Positions 1 to 8,267 are shown, counted from the first letter of the stretch. The stretch is 64,000 bases of DNA from Phycisphaerae bacterium (GCA_029260035.1 JAJDEA010000079.1:4803-68802), one strand, 5' to 3'. The notes: a model not told the origin generated them from the letters alone. Made by a program: numbers and translations.

Positions 1-458
1 GCACTTGGTAGAACACTGAACACGTGATCATCCGCGTCCTCGATCTCGGTGCTGATCGCAGACGCGTTGATCATCACGACCTGCTTGCGATTAGCGATGG
101 GCTTCATCGCCAAGGTCACAGCACTTGTCGCGGGTATCACCGCCACCAGGGTCTCCGTGGCAATGAGCTTTTGGAACGCGGTGACGCTTCGTGCGGGATC
201 GGCGGCGCCATCCTCGATCGCCAACTTCACCCTCGCAGCGTCGATGGCACCCTCTTTGACCGCGTCCTCGTAGGCAAGCTGGATGCCCTGGCGCATGTAT
301 TCGCCATACTGAGCGATCGGACCGGTCAGCGGCAGTACGGCCCCCACGGTGACGGGCTTCGGTTCTTGGTCCGAACGCTTGCAGCCGGTCACGAGGGCGG
401 GGAGAATGGCGAGCAGCAACAGGGTTACTGGGAACTTCAACGCGTGGCAACTGAACAT
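1..458 (-). CDS. Leu/Ile/Val-binding-protein-family ABC transporter substrate-binding lipoprotein; N-terminal part, runs off the window
   Basis: Minus-strand translation from ATG at 458 gives MFSCHALKFPVTLLLLAILPALVTGCKRS..., a signal peptide plus lipobox Cys. The mature part (VGAVLPLTGPIAQYGEYMRQGIQLAYEDAV) is typical of the LivK/LivJ substrate-binding family. GGAGA lies upstream of the ATG. Not in the ORF track because it is truncated by the window edge. Confidence 0.6.
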   Translation of the reverse strand, partial: MFSCHALKFPVTLLLLAILPALVTGCKRSDQEPKPVTVGAVLPLTGPIAQYGEYMRQGIQLAYEDAVKEGAIDAARVKLAIEDGAADPARSVTAFQKLIATETLVAVIPATSAVTLAMKPIANRKQVVMINASAISTEIEDADDHVFSVLPS

Positions 459-469
459 GGAGAATCTCC

Positions 470-895
470 GTGGAGAAATCGCACAACATTCGGGTCAGAG
501 TCTACCTGGAGGACACGGACGCTCTGGGGATCGTGTACTACTGCAGCTTCCTGAAGTACATGGAGCGCGCCCGGTGCGAGTGGCTCCGGTCTTGCGGTCT
601 GGCCCCTGCGGGCTGGCGCAGCCAAGAGGTGATGCTCGTCGTACGCAGCCTGAAGATGCGTTTTCACAAACCGGCCCACTTGGACGATCTCCTCAGAGTG
701 GATACGCTCGTTCAACATCAGCGTGGGGCCTCGCTGCTGCTCCAACAGCATGTTTTCCGCCTCTCGGACGATGAGCTTCTGTGCACGGCAACCGTCGAGA
801 TCGCCTCGGTCGGGCAGGACGATCTACGCCCACACCGCCTTCCGTCTGCGCTTCGGCACAAGCCTGCGAAACAGATGGTCTGCGCTTTCGCCTAA
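470..895 (+). CDS. 4HBT/YbgC-family acyl-CoA thioesterase (hotdog fold)
   Basis: 141 aa with a GTG start. IRVRVYLEDTDALGIVYYCSFLKYMERAR matches the YbgC/4HBT signature (VYYEDTD...Y..Y..ER). Confidence 0.55.
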   Translation: MEKSHNIRVRVYLEDTDALGIVYYCSFLKYMERARCEWLRSCGLAPAGWRSQEVMLVVRSLKMRFHKPAHLDDLLRVDTLVQHQRGASLLLQQHVFRLSDDELLCTATVEIASVGQDDLRPHRLPSALRHKPAKQMVCAFA

Positions 896-1716
896 ACACG
901 GAACACGCCACAGAATGTCATCATCCTTGGTTTGTCGAGAGAGTCAACACGGCGAGAGCGCGCTATCGGGAGCCCGCAATGGCGAACTTGAGCACCCTGC
1001 GAGTGGAACGGCATGCCCTAGAGGAGGAACCGCGGCAACGCGAGAATCGGCCGACGGAAGCAGTCAGGGTTGAGATCGCGGCACCCCATACGGTTTGCAG
1101 AACCAGGGACAGCGAGCCGTAGCTCGTTACCTCAGAAGAAGTTTGCGGCCGGCGGTGGGACGTCTTGGGACAACTAGCGAACCGCATGGCAGGTCTTTCC
1201 CGCTGCAGCCGCGTCGCCGGTCAACCACCCGTCGGCAGGTGGCGGGAAGGGATCCCCCGGCCCGGCACCATACTCCACTTATAACTCGGGATGTTAAATT
1301 AGGCAATGCTGGCTCGGATGGGTGCTGGTCAGCCACTGATGCGGATGTCGGTTTGGCGACCCCCGCCGACGTGCGGCCATGAAGACGCGAAGGTTGAGTC
1401 TACTGGGGCGGCTCGGGATTCGCGCCGCGAGCGAAAACGGCATTTTCAGAGGGCACGAGGGAGTCGGACGTAGGACGCCGTTTCGCCGGGACGACGATGC
1501 GGAGCGTGTACCCGATCAGGTGAAGGTCGGGCGGCCGATGGACTCGTAAGCTGCTGGCAGCAGCCAGCTTACGATCCGTCCGCGCGGACGACTCGCCGAT
1601 TCTATGGCCGTGCTTCCGTGCCCGCCTTGGCATTGAAAGCCCGTTTGCAAAGCGATGGTAACTTTGAAAGAATATGCCCATTGACTTGCAAAGCAATCTG
1701 CGCACGATAGGCCGGC

Positions 1717-2856
1717 ATGGACCGGGAACAGTTCAAATCGACGACCGCCGGACGCCTCGTGCGGGGTGCCGAAGGTTATTGGGCCTTCGTGCCCGCCCCG
1801 CTGCCGCCGCCGCTGGACTATGATCGCGAAACGGTTGTCCTGCTTTCCCAGGCCGACGCGGCTCTGAGCGAGCTTTCAGGCCTAGGCCGCCACCTGCCCA
1901 ACCCGCACCTTCTCATCACACCGTATGTTCGCCGCGAGGCGGTGTTGTCGTCGCGCATCGAGGGGACGAAGACGAACTTGGCGGAACTGCTCCTTGACGA
2001 GGCGGACGCGACGGCGATTGCACAAGACCCCGAGGATGTGCGGGAAGTTCGCAACTACGTACGTGCGCTCGAAACGGGTCTTCGGCGGCTTAAGAAACTC
2101 CCGCTCAGCCTACGGCTCGTGCGCGACATCCATAAAGAACTCATGCGTGGTGCAAGGGGAGCGCATGCGACGCCCGGCGAGTTTCGTCGATCACAGAACT
2201 GGATCGGCCCCGCGGGCAGTACAGTCGAGACTGCGACGTACGTTCCCCCGCCACCAGATGAGATGAACGAATCGTTGGCCGATTGGGAGCGGTTTCTGAA
2301 TCAACGCGACGAACATCCCGACTTGGTGCAGAGTGCGTTGATCCACGAACAGTTCGAAGCCATCCATCCGTTTCTCGACGGCAACGGTCGCGTGGGCAGG
2401 TTGTTGATCACTTTGTTCCTGATGGAACGTGGTCGCCTGTCGCAACCGTTGCTTTACCTCTCCGCGTTCTTCGAAGCGCACCGGCAGGAATATTACGATC
2501 GACTGCAGGCCGTCCGCATGAGCGGTGACTGGATTGGCTGGATTCGGTTTTTTCTTCGCGGCGTGAAGGACGTTTCCTGTGAAGCCGTTGTAAGAGCCGG
2601 GAAGCTAATGGACCTTCGCGAGCGCTATCGACGGCGCCTCGAAGATAACGCCAAGGCGATGGCTCTGCTGGACCGGCTGTTCGAGAATCCGTACGTCACG
2701 GTGGCCCGCGCTGCGAAGCTGCTGAAGACCAGCAATCCGACGGCGCGCGCGGCCGTGAAGAAACTCGTGGATGCGGGGATGCTGAAGGAAACAACCGGGC
2801 GTTCGTGGGGCAAGGTCTTTCTGGCAAGACCGATTCTGCGGGCGATCGAAAAGTGA
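1717..2856 (+). CDS. Fic-family protein (AMPylation-type Fido domain)
   Basis: 379 aa containing the canonical Fic motif HPFLDGNGRVGR (HPFx[DE]GNGRxxR). Confidence 0.85.
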   Translation: MDREQFKSTTAGRLVRGAEGYWAFVPAPLPPPLDYDRETVVLLSQADAALSELSGLGRHLPNPHLLITPYVRREAVLSSRIEGTKTNLAELLLDEADATAIAQDPEDVREVRNYVRALETGLRRLKKLPLSLRLVRDIHKELMRGARGAHATPGEFRRSQNWIGPAGSTVETATYVPPPPDEMNESLADWERFLNQRDEHPDLVQSALIHEQFEAIHPFLDGNGRVGRLLITLFLMERGRLSQPLLYLSAFFEAHRQEYYDRLQAVRMSGDWIGWIRFFLRGVKDVSCEAVVRAGKLMDLRERYRRRLEDNAKAMALLDRLFENPYVTVARAAKLLKTSNPTARAAVKKLVDAGMLKETTGRSWGKVFLARPILRAIEK

Positions 2857-3066
2857 ACGTGTCGACCGTATCACCCTCGGCTGTGTTGAGACGCAATGAA
2901 GGCGTATGCAGCAAGAGCGGTGCGAAAGCGGGCTGGCAAGTACGGCCAGGAGTGGAGTAGCTTGGCGAGATCGGGGTCAGTCGCTCCGATATGCGCAAGC
3001 GCCGCCCCAAGACGCTTTTGTGGATCGTCGTAAAACCTGAAGTAGCATTGGTTTACGTCATCTTGG

Positions 3067-3115
3067 CTTCGGTTTTGTAAACCGCAGGTCTTCGGTTCGA
3101 GTCCGAACGGTGGCT
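3067..3115 (+). other. tRNA 3'-half-like fragment, possibly an att-site scar of an integrated island
   Basis: Reads variable loop AGGTC, T-stem TTCGG, T-loop TTCGAGT, T-stem CCGAA, acceptor 3' strand CGGTGGC, discriminator T. It is preceded by an anticodon-stem-loop-like segment. No matching 5' acceptor strand (GCCACCG) or D-arm lies upstream, so it is not a complete tRNA. Confidence 0.35.
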
Positions 3116-3269
3116 TTTCAGAAGTGCTTGTGGGGTAAGGAGTTATCTCTGCAAGTGTCATCAACCGACCTTCCTATTCGGCGGTAATTTGGCTGACATT
3201 GAGAGATCGAGACATCCGCCTCCTGTAGCTTGTCAACCACATCCTCTGGCAAATCTGAAATACACCTGG

Positions 3270-3360
3270 GTTTTGCGCAAGTTGCCAAATCTATAAGTTG
3301 TTCTAAAACATACCCGGTTTTTGCGCAGATTGCCGTTTCTATAAGTTGTTGTAAAATAAG
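3270..3360 (+). repeat. Two tandem ~45-bp direct-repeat units at the left end of copy 1, candidate transposase-binding sites
   Basis: Unit 1 is GTTTTGCGCAAGTTGCCAAATCTATAAGTTGTTCTAAAACATACC. Unit 2 is GGTTTTTGCGCAGATTGCCGTTTCTATAAGTTGTTGTAAAATAAGGA. Related half and full units recur at 12362-12430 and, diverged, at 20848-20900. Confidence 0.5.
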
Positions 3361-3640
3361 GACTTACGGAGATTGTTGATCCTAATCAATTGCGCTGCGC
3401 AGAACGGATCGGCGGTAGGAATCTGGGATTGGGCGCCGTGAAGGCGGGGGAGAATCGGCAATCGGCAATAGTAACGGCAATGTCCGAATTCGGACGAACG
3501 ATATTTCGCAGTGTGGCTGCAATTTCAAGACAACTGCCGAGCATGTGGTCTTCGACGGAATCGCTGGTCTTGGACGTCGTTCGGACCGCCTTCGACGGGA
3601 GTTTGGAAGCCGTTTGAATTGTGTCTGAAAACCATTCGTT
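3347..3640 (+). repeat. Conserved ~290-bp non-coding left-end block, paralogous to 12414-12705
   Basis: Nearly colinear identity with 12414-12705 by eye. It includes the palindrome TTGATCCTAATCAA and a run of CGGCAAT heptamers (AATCGGCAATCGGCAATAGTAACGGCAATG). It lies 3' of the leftward cargo genes in both copies. Confidence 0.6.
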
Positions 3641-3655
3641 AGGTGCTTCATCCAA

Positions 3656-5020
3656 CTATTGCTCATCCTTCACATTGAGTTGATCTGCGAGGCCTCTGAT
3701 AACTGGGTGCAACTTTATCGATGGAATCCTGTTAGACAATTCTCTATAAAAGGGCTCACGGCGATCGAGCATTTCCCGCACAGGATACGCATCGCTATCG
3801 CTCGTGACCAGTAATAGCATTCGATCAAAAATGCCCATTGCACTGAAGCGGTTGAGTCTGACAGAAGCGACGAGCACGGCTTCGAGTGCAAGAGTGCGAA
3901 TATCTGTGTCATCTGTTGATTCGTAAATGATTCGCATTCGTTTGGCGACTGAGTCTGCATAGGGAAATGCTTGGTTTCCAACGGCATCGTCAAGTGCCTG
4001 TACATATGCTTTGAGGACAGGTCGAAAATCATTTGCCGCCAGAGTCGCGGCGTTCGGGAGTATTTGCTGTGGGAGACGGTCAACCAATTCGAGGTAGGTT
4101 TCGCCCGAAGCGGGGATTGATTCTTGCGCGAGAAGCTGTAAGGCCTTGCGCAGGTCCTTAGCGCGATATTGGTGCCTCGCAACGCGTTCCTGGATTTGGG
4201 TGACTACGGCTTCGTATGCGCCAATCGGATTTGCTTCTGGGTCTTTTGCGACCCGGTAAATATTCACTCCGTCAAGCAATTCCCCAACGGTTTGATATCG
4301 CTCGTCGGGATGCTGTTCCGTGGCCCGTCGCACAGCGTGTTGGAGTCCAGGAGGTAATGCGCTTGGATCAATCAATGCAGGGTTGAGACCTGTGACAAGC
4401 TCATATAGAGTCTTGCCGAGTTGAAAAATGTCTGTACGTTCGTCCGCATCGCGACTACCTCCATCGATTCGCTGTTCTGGGGCGAGGTATCGTTCTGTGC
4501 CGATAACATGACGCTGTTTGGTTAGAATTGTAGTGTCACGCTTGCTTAGCTTTGCCAAACCAAAATCTGCGAGAACAACTGTCCCGTCAGCAAAGATTAG
4601 ACCATTCCCCGGTTTTATGTCGCGGTGAAAAGCTCCTGAGTTGTGGATCGCTTGTACACCTTCGCACAATTGCGTGAACGCGTCAAGTGCCATATCTTCG
4701 TCCTTCGACAGGGCATCCAGGCGTTTATCAAGACTGCTTTCGGCATAAGGCATCACGAAGTACGGCGGTTCTTTGTCAAGTTGAACATCTATGACCTCAA
4801 CGACGTTTGGATGGACTATATCCACGGCAATGCGTACTTCGCGACCGAATCTACGGATGGATTCATTGTCATCTCGATGGCAGTATTTGATAGCGACTAC
4901 TTTTCTATCGGTAAGACGCTCAGCCTTGACGACGGTGCCCATACCCCCAAACCCTACCTTGTCAAGTATGTGGTATTTGCCATCCAGAGTTGCGCCGGGT
5001 TTGAATTCATCTAGCCCCAT
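3656..5020 (-). CDS. Hanks-type Ser/Thr protein kinase (N-terminal kinase domain, ~180-aa C-terminal helical domain of unknown function)
   Basis: 454 aa. Gly loop GFGGMGTV, VAIK, HRDIKPGN, DFG, APE. Starts 10 bp after the stop of the upstream HTH gene, so it is likely co-transcribed. Confidence 0.8.
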   Translation of the reverse strand: MGLDEFKPGATLDGKYHILDKVGFGGMGTVVKAERLTDRKVVAIKYCHRDDNESIRRFGREVRIAVDIVHPNVVEVIDVQLDKEPPYFVMPYAESSLDKRLDALSKDEDMALDAFTQLCEGVQAIHNSGAFHRDIKPGNGLIFADGTVVLADFGLAKLSKRDTTILTKQRHVIGTERYLAPEQRIDGGSRDADERTDIFQLGKTLYELVTGLNPALIDPSALPPGLQHAVRRATEQHPDERYQTVGELLDGVNIYRVAKDPEANPIGAYEAVVTQIQERVARHQYRAKDLRKALQLLAQESIPASGETYLELVDRLPQQILPNAATLAANDFRPVLKAYVQALDDAVGNQAFPYADSVAKRMRIIYESTDDTDIRTLALEAVLVASVRLNRFSAMGIFDRMLLLVTSDSDAYPVREMLDRREPFYRELSNRIPSIKLHPVIRGLADQLNVKDEQ

Positions 5021-5030
5021 AGGGTTTGCC

Positions 5031-6461
5031 TCATTCTTGTTTACGTTTCTTATTAGTCATGCCCTTGTCACGCGGCGAGGCTTTCTTCCTCGCCGCTTTC
5101 GGTATCTTTCGCTTCGTAGTGGATGTCGCGCGACTCTGCTTTGGTGACTTCTTTGGTTTGGCTTCCGAACGCGACTTATCCGCTCCGACGTCATCGCTAC
5201 CATCAAGGATAAGCTGACCTGACACAAATAGCTGCTCCACATGGCTGTAGTCCGTCGATTCAATGGTCCCTCGTCGTAGCTCCCTGCGAATGCGCCTCTC
5301 TACTTTCTTGAGCAGATCGATTATCTCCTCGCGCTGCTCGTCAACACCGGGATCAAGTGCGTCTGGGCGTTTTGCGAAATTGAGCTGGAGTGGTTGCCGT
5401 CCAAGCCCATGAATCGATGACCAAGCGTGTGCATCGCTTAAGTTGTAGATTGTGTCGACGACGCATTGTAAGTTGAAGATCAGAGCCTCTCGTCCGAGCG
5501 ACGCCTTGGCGATGTCCGATGACAAAGTAGTGGTGAGGGACCCCATGATTGAAGGTCCAAAGTCGACGCGATCGGGAACATAGACATACTCACTCCGAGT
5601 TCGCGCTTCCTGTGTGCATGCCTCGGATATAAAAAACTCAACCTGACGACCGTTAACAGCCTCAACAACGTCACATGACACGGCATCGACACGAAATGAA
5701 TCGTCGTCATTTGGGTTGCTAAACCGCATCGTTAGAATCGTATCGGCGATTCCGCGCTCAATCGACCAATAAGAAAGTTGGGATATACACTCGTTCAAGC
5801 GGTCAGTACTGCTTAAGAGCCACCGACGATATGCTTCAGCCATCACTTCGGAGTATAGTCTCTGAAGCAGGTTTTTGTCGGTGACACTCGTAGCAAGGCG
5901 TAGCTCCTCCGACACAAACTCCTCGGGGATTGAGTATTCTGGCGTAGTTTCATTCTGGTACTGCGAATCGATCAAGCCAAGTTCGTACACAGCAGGAGGC
6001 CATGCAAGCAACCGAAAATCCAGATCAGCATGTCCCGATCGCAACGCCCACAGCATGAGCACCTGACTGGCTGAGCGCACTAGCGCGGATGTAAGGTCCG
6101 ATCCCGCCGGTGGTGAGTCGATGCCTTGAGGTACTTCATGATTCTCGACCGCCAACAGTCCGGCGATCAAGTTTTGGGCAATATCGTAGCCTGAGCTATA
6201 GAGTCGTTTGGCTTCAGTAGGTGAATTCCGAACATCTGCAAGGTGGAATAGTTGTCGGCGTTCGTGGTCAGATAAATCGAGCGCGTCAACGACTTGAAGA
6301 AGCACATACTTATTGATCTTACGACGTGAACGCTCCCAGTCGGAGATGAAATCCGGATTGCGGATATCCTTGAGACGTTGCGACAACGCGTGCGCGCTTA
6401 TACCGCGAGCTTTGCGAAGCGAGCGGAGTTGCTCGCCAAATCTATCTGGGGGGCGTTTCAT
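5031..6461 (-). CDS. XRE-type HTH protein, candidate repressor-c analogue of copy 1, with a large C-terminal domain and a lysine-rich tail
   Basis: 476 aa. N-terminal FGEQLRSLRKARGISAHALSQRL is an XRE-type HTH. The C-terminus KSRSEAKPKKSPKQSRATSTTKRKIPKAARKKASPRDKG is lysine-rich. It is transcribed leftward, divergently from the transposition genes. The N-terminal ~120 aa is homologous to 13399-14667. Confidence 0.6.
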   Translation of the reverse strand: MKRPPDRFGEQLRSLRKARGISAHALSQRLKDIRNPDFISDWERSRRKINKYVLLQVVDALDLSDHERRQLFHLADVRNSPTEAKRLYSSGYDIAQNLIAGLLAVENHEVPQGIDSPPAGSDLTSALVRSASQVLMLWALRSGHADLDFRLLAWPPAVYELGLIDSQYQNETTPEYSIPEEFVSEELRLATSVTDKNLLQRLYSEVMAEAYRRWLLSSTDRLNECISQLSYWSIERGIADTILTMRFSNPNDDDSFRVDAVSCDVVEAVNGRQVEFFISEACTQEARTRSEYVYVPDRVDFGPSIMGSLTTTLSSDIAKASLGREALIFNLQCVVDTIYNLSDAHAWSSIHGLGRQPLQLNFAKRPDALDPGVDEQREEIIDLLKKVERRIRRELRRGTIESTDYSHVEQLFVSGQLILDGSDDVGADKSRSEAKPKKSPKQSRATSTTKRKIPKAARKKASPRDKGMTNKKRKQE

Positions 6462-6589
6462 TCCGGGAATCTTACCACCTTCAGGGTTTATTGGTATCTT
6501 ACTGGGCTTTCCAAATAATCACGGCAAATTTCCGGATTATTTTATTGACATTCCGGATTTAATCTGGTATTCCCGCGTTCGTGGAAACT
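6462..6589. promoter_or_regulatory. Divergent control region of copy 1 with two TTCCGGATT direct repeats (candidate operators)
   Basis: AATTTCCGGATTATTTTATTGACATTCCGGATTTAATC lies between the leftward repressor-like gene and the rightward regulator/transposase operon. The corresponding region of copy 2 (14668-14788) has a different sequence. Confidence 0.35.
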
Positions 6590-6826
6590 ATGGAGCCGAG
6601 ATTTCGACGCGATGCGATCCGGGAGTTAATGGAACGTGAGGGTCTAAACGCCAGCGCCTTCGCATCCCGAGCCTCGGTTCAAAGAACGCTGATTGGCGGA
6701 TGGTTGGCAGGCGTCGTGACACCGCAGGTCGGAACGCTTACGCGTCTATGTCGCGTGTTCAATGTTCCGATCGATTTCTTCTTCGACCAGGCGCCGAGCG
6801 ATCCGGTTAAGCAAGGAATGGTATGA
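6590..6826 (+). CDS. Small HTH-like DNA-binding protein (Ner/Cro-position regulator)
   Basis: MEPRFRRDAIRELMEREGLNASAFASRASVQRTLIGGWLAG... Paralogue at 14789-15034. 4-bp ATGA overlap with the next gene. Confidence 0.5.
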   Translation: MEPRFRRDAIRELMEREGLNASAFASRASVQRTLIGGWLAGVVTPQVGTLTRLCRVFNVPIDFFFDQAPSDPVKQGMV

Positions 6827-7134
6827 GTAGAAGCACAGACAACACGAAGCCAATCCCACGGGTAACGGTGCGGTGTCTGAATCGGGTTCTCATCGGCGAG
6901 CGCATCCATGATCTTCGAGTCGAACGCGGCTGGAAGGCTCTTCAATTAGCACGCGCGACGGGAATTCCACGAAGTACGATTGCTGCGATCGAAACCGGTC
7001 GAATGCTCCCGGACCCTGACAGATTTCTGGTACTCGCCGCAGTGTTTTGCATTTCGGTCGATTTTCTCATGACGGGTAGATCATCGCCCGTCGAGGCTAT
7101 GCATGATGGCAACGAGCACACAAACGAGAACTGA
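6823..7134 (+). CDS. XRE-family HTH regulator
   Basis: GWKALQLARATGIPRSTIAAIETGRMLPDPDRFLVLAAVFCISVDFLM is a typical HTH_3 domain. Paralogue at 15031-15330. Confidence 0.65.
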   Translation: MSRSTDNTKPIPRVTVRCLNRVLIGERIHDLRVERGWKALQLARATGIPRSTIAAIETGRMLPDPDRFLVLAAVFCISVDFLMTGRSSPVEAMHDGNEHTNEN

Positions 7135-7669
7135 GGATATGAACGCAAATGCAATAGGGCGAAGCGTACCTTTCCCAGGCGAATGGGTGACGATTTCCGA
7201 AGCCGTACGACTGACGGGCGAACGACAGGGAATATGGTGTCGACGCGCTAACCGTGAATTTAGCAATGCACTAGACGTCGGTCGCGCCTCACATGCGATC
7301 AAAGCACCCATTGGCGGTGGCAGTTCCCGAATCATTTGGTGGCTATATCGCGGGCTTGACGCACGCTTGGCATTGGATTTGGACGAACAAATTCGTCGAG
7401 ACAAGGCCAGTGTTTTTCCATTCTCGAAAGAGAAGCAAAAGCGAGCTTGGCGCCGATGTCGTTGGGTCGTTGAGTGGCGTCGACTATGTAACGAGGAACC
7501 CAAAGGTGGACGAACACGAAGACAACTCGCCGGGCTAGTTGTGAGCGCGGCGAAACTGATAGACGGCAATTGCTTCAAGATCAGTATCCGATCACTTCAG
7601 GGATGGTGGCGTCGCTATGCTGCCATAGGCCGTGGTGGCGGTATCGTCGGAGTCGAAGGGTTGATATAA
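7103..7669 (+). CDS. Stand-alone paralogue of the MuA-like transposase N-terminal DNA-binding region (candidate transposition regulator)
   Basis: GEWVTISEAVRLTGERQGIW...RIIWWLYRGLDARLALD...FKISIRSLQGWWRRYAAIGRGGGIVGVEGLI aligns with the N-terminus of 8268-10613 (DWLTVDQAARLTGDSPRTIRW...AVWLIHRRLDHRL...FTVSVRSLQIWRRAYNDTTPGGRIAGIAGLI). Confidence 0.55.
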   Translation: MMATSTQTRTEDMNANAIGRSVPFPGEWVTISEAVRLTGERQGIWCRRANREFSNALDVGRASHAIKAPIGGGSSRIIWWLYRGLDARLALDLDEQIRRDKASVFPFSKEKQKRAWRRCRWVVEWRRLCNEEPKGGRTRRQLAGLVVSAAKLIDGNCFKISIRSLQGWWRRYAAIGRGGGIVGVEGLI

Positions 7670-7722
7670 ACGATGCGACTGGTGAGAGTCATAGGGACGA
7701 CACAAGGATGATGGAGGCAACG

Positions 7723-8019
7723 ATGACGAGTACCAAGAAGCGAGCGAAGACGAAACGTGCTCGAAGCGTAGCCAGCGTCAGTCGCAAGACGGCGACGGCC
7801 AAGACAAGAAGCAATCGAGACCGGAAGCTCGTGCTAAGTGTTTCTGACGTTGCGATTTTGGACCGAATGCTTGAGGACGGTTCAATCAGTGAGGTCGTCA
7901 CTTTGTCAGCGAGTGATCTGGCGACTTGGGTTCACAACGCCGGAACCGACGCGGATCGAGCGGAAGCGCTCGTGGCAGTCTTACCGGTAGCGAGGCGTGT
8001 GTACGCGCGATGCAATTAG
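7723..8019 (+). CDS. Hypothetical protein with Arg/Lys-rich N-terminus (conserved in both copies)
   Basis: GGAGG lies 5 nt before the ATG at 7723. MTSTKKRAKTKRARS... Paralogue at 16203-16500. Confidence 0.4.
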   Translation: MTSTKKRAKTKRARSVASVSRKTATAKTRSNRDRKLVLSVSDVAILDRMLEDGSISEVVTLSASDLATWVHNAGTDADRAEALVAVLPVARRVYARCN

Positions 8020-8020
8020 A

Positions 8021-8230
8021 ATGACCGACACGATCGACAGTCCACAGGTCTTTCCGTTTCGACCGGACATGTGCCGAGCTATTGAGCACACGGACACGCC
8101 GGAGCGTGAGGCGGCACTACGGCAGGCGCACGCGCTCATCGATCGGCTCGGAACAGCGGACGTGATTGCGACACTCCCGGTGTTGGGCAAATACGCCCAT
8201 TCGGTAGAGCAGGAGCGTAGGCCTGTTTGA
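8021..8230 (+). CDS. Hypothetical small protein (conserved in both copies)
   Basis: MTDTIDSPQVFPFRPDMCRAIEHTDTPEREAALRQAHALIDRLG... Paralogue at 16502-16711. Confidence 0.4.
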   Translation: MTDTIDSPQVFPFRPDMCRAIEHTDTPEREAALRQAHALIDRLGTADVIATLPVLGKYAHSVEQERRPV

Positions 8231-8267
8231 ACGGAGATAGGCTGGACAGAATCGCGAGTAGAAATCC

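Noticed and set aside
1395-1660. tmRNA (GGGGCGGCTCGGGATTCGCG... resembles a tmRNA 5' end)
   Set aside because: No tag-peptide reading frame ending ...AA-stop. No T-arm/acceptor (GGTTCGA.TCC...CCA) at the 3' side.
3041-3116. Complete tRNA gene on the plus strand
   Set aside because: The T-arm, variable loop and 3' acceptor strand are tRNA-like, but no complementary 5' acceptor strand or D-arm exists within 110 nt upstream. It is kept only as a 3' fragment.
2871-3164. 97-aa minus-strand ORF
   Set aside because: Overlaps the tRNA-like fragment, has no recognisable family and no start context. Likely spurious.
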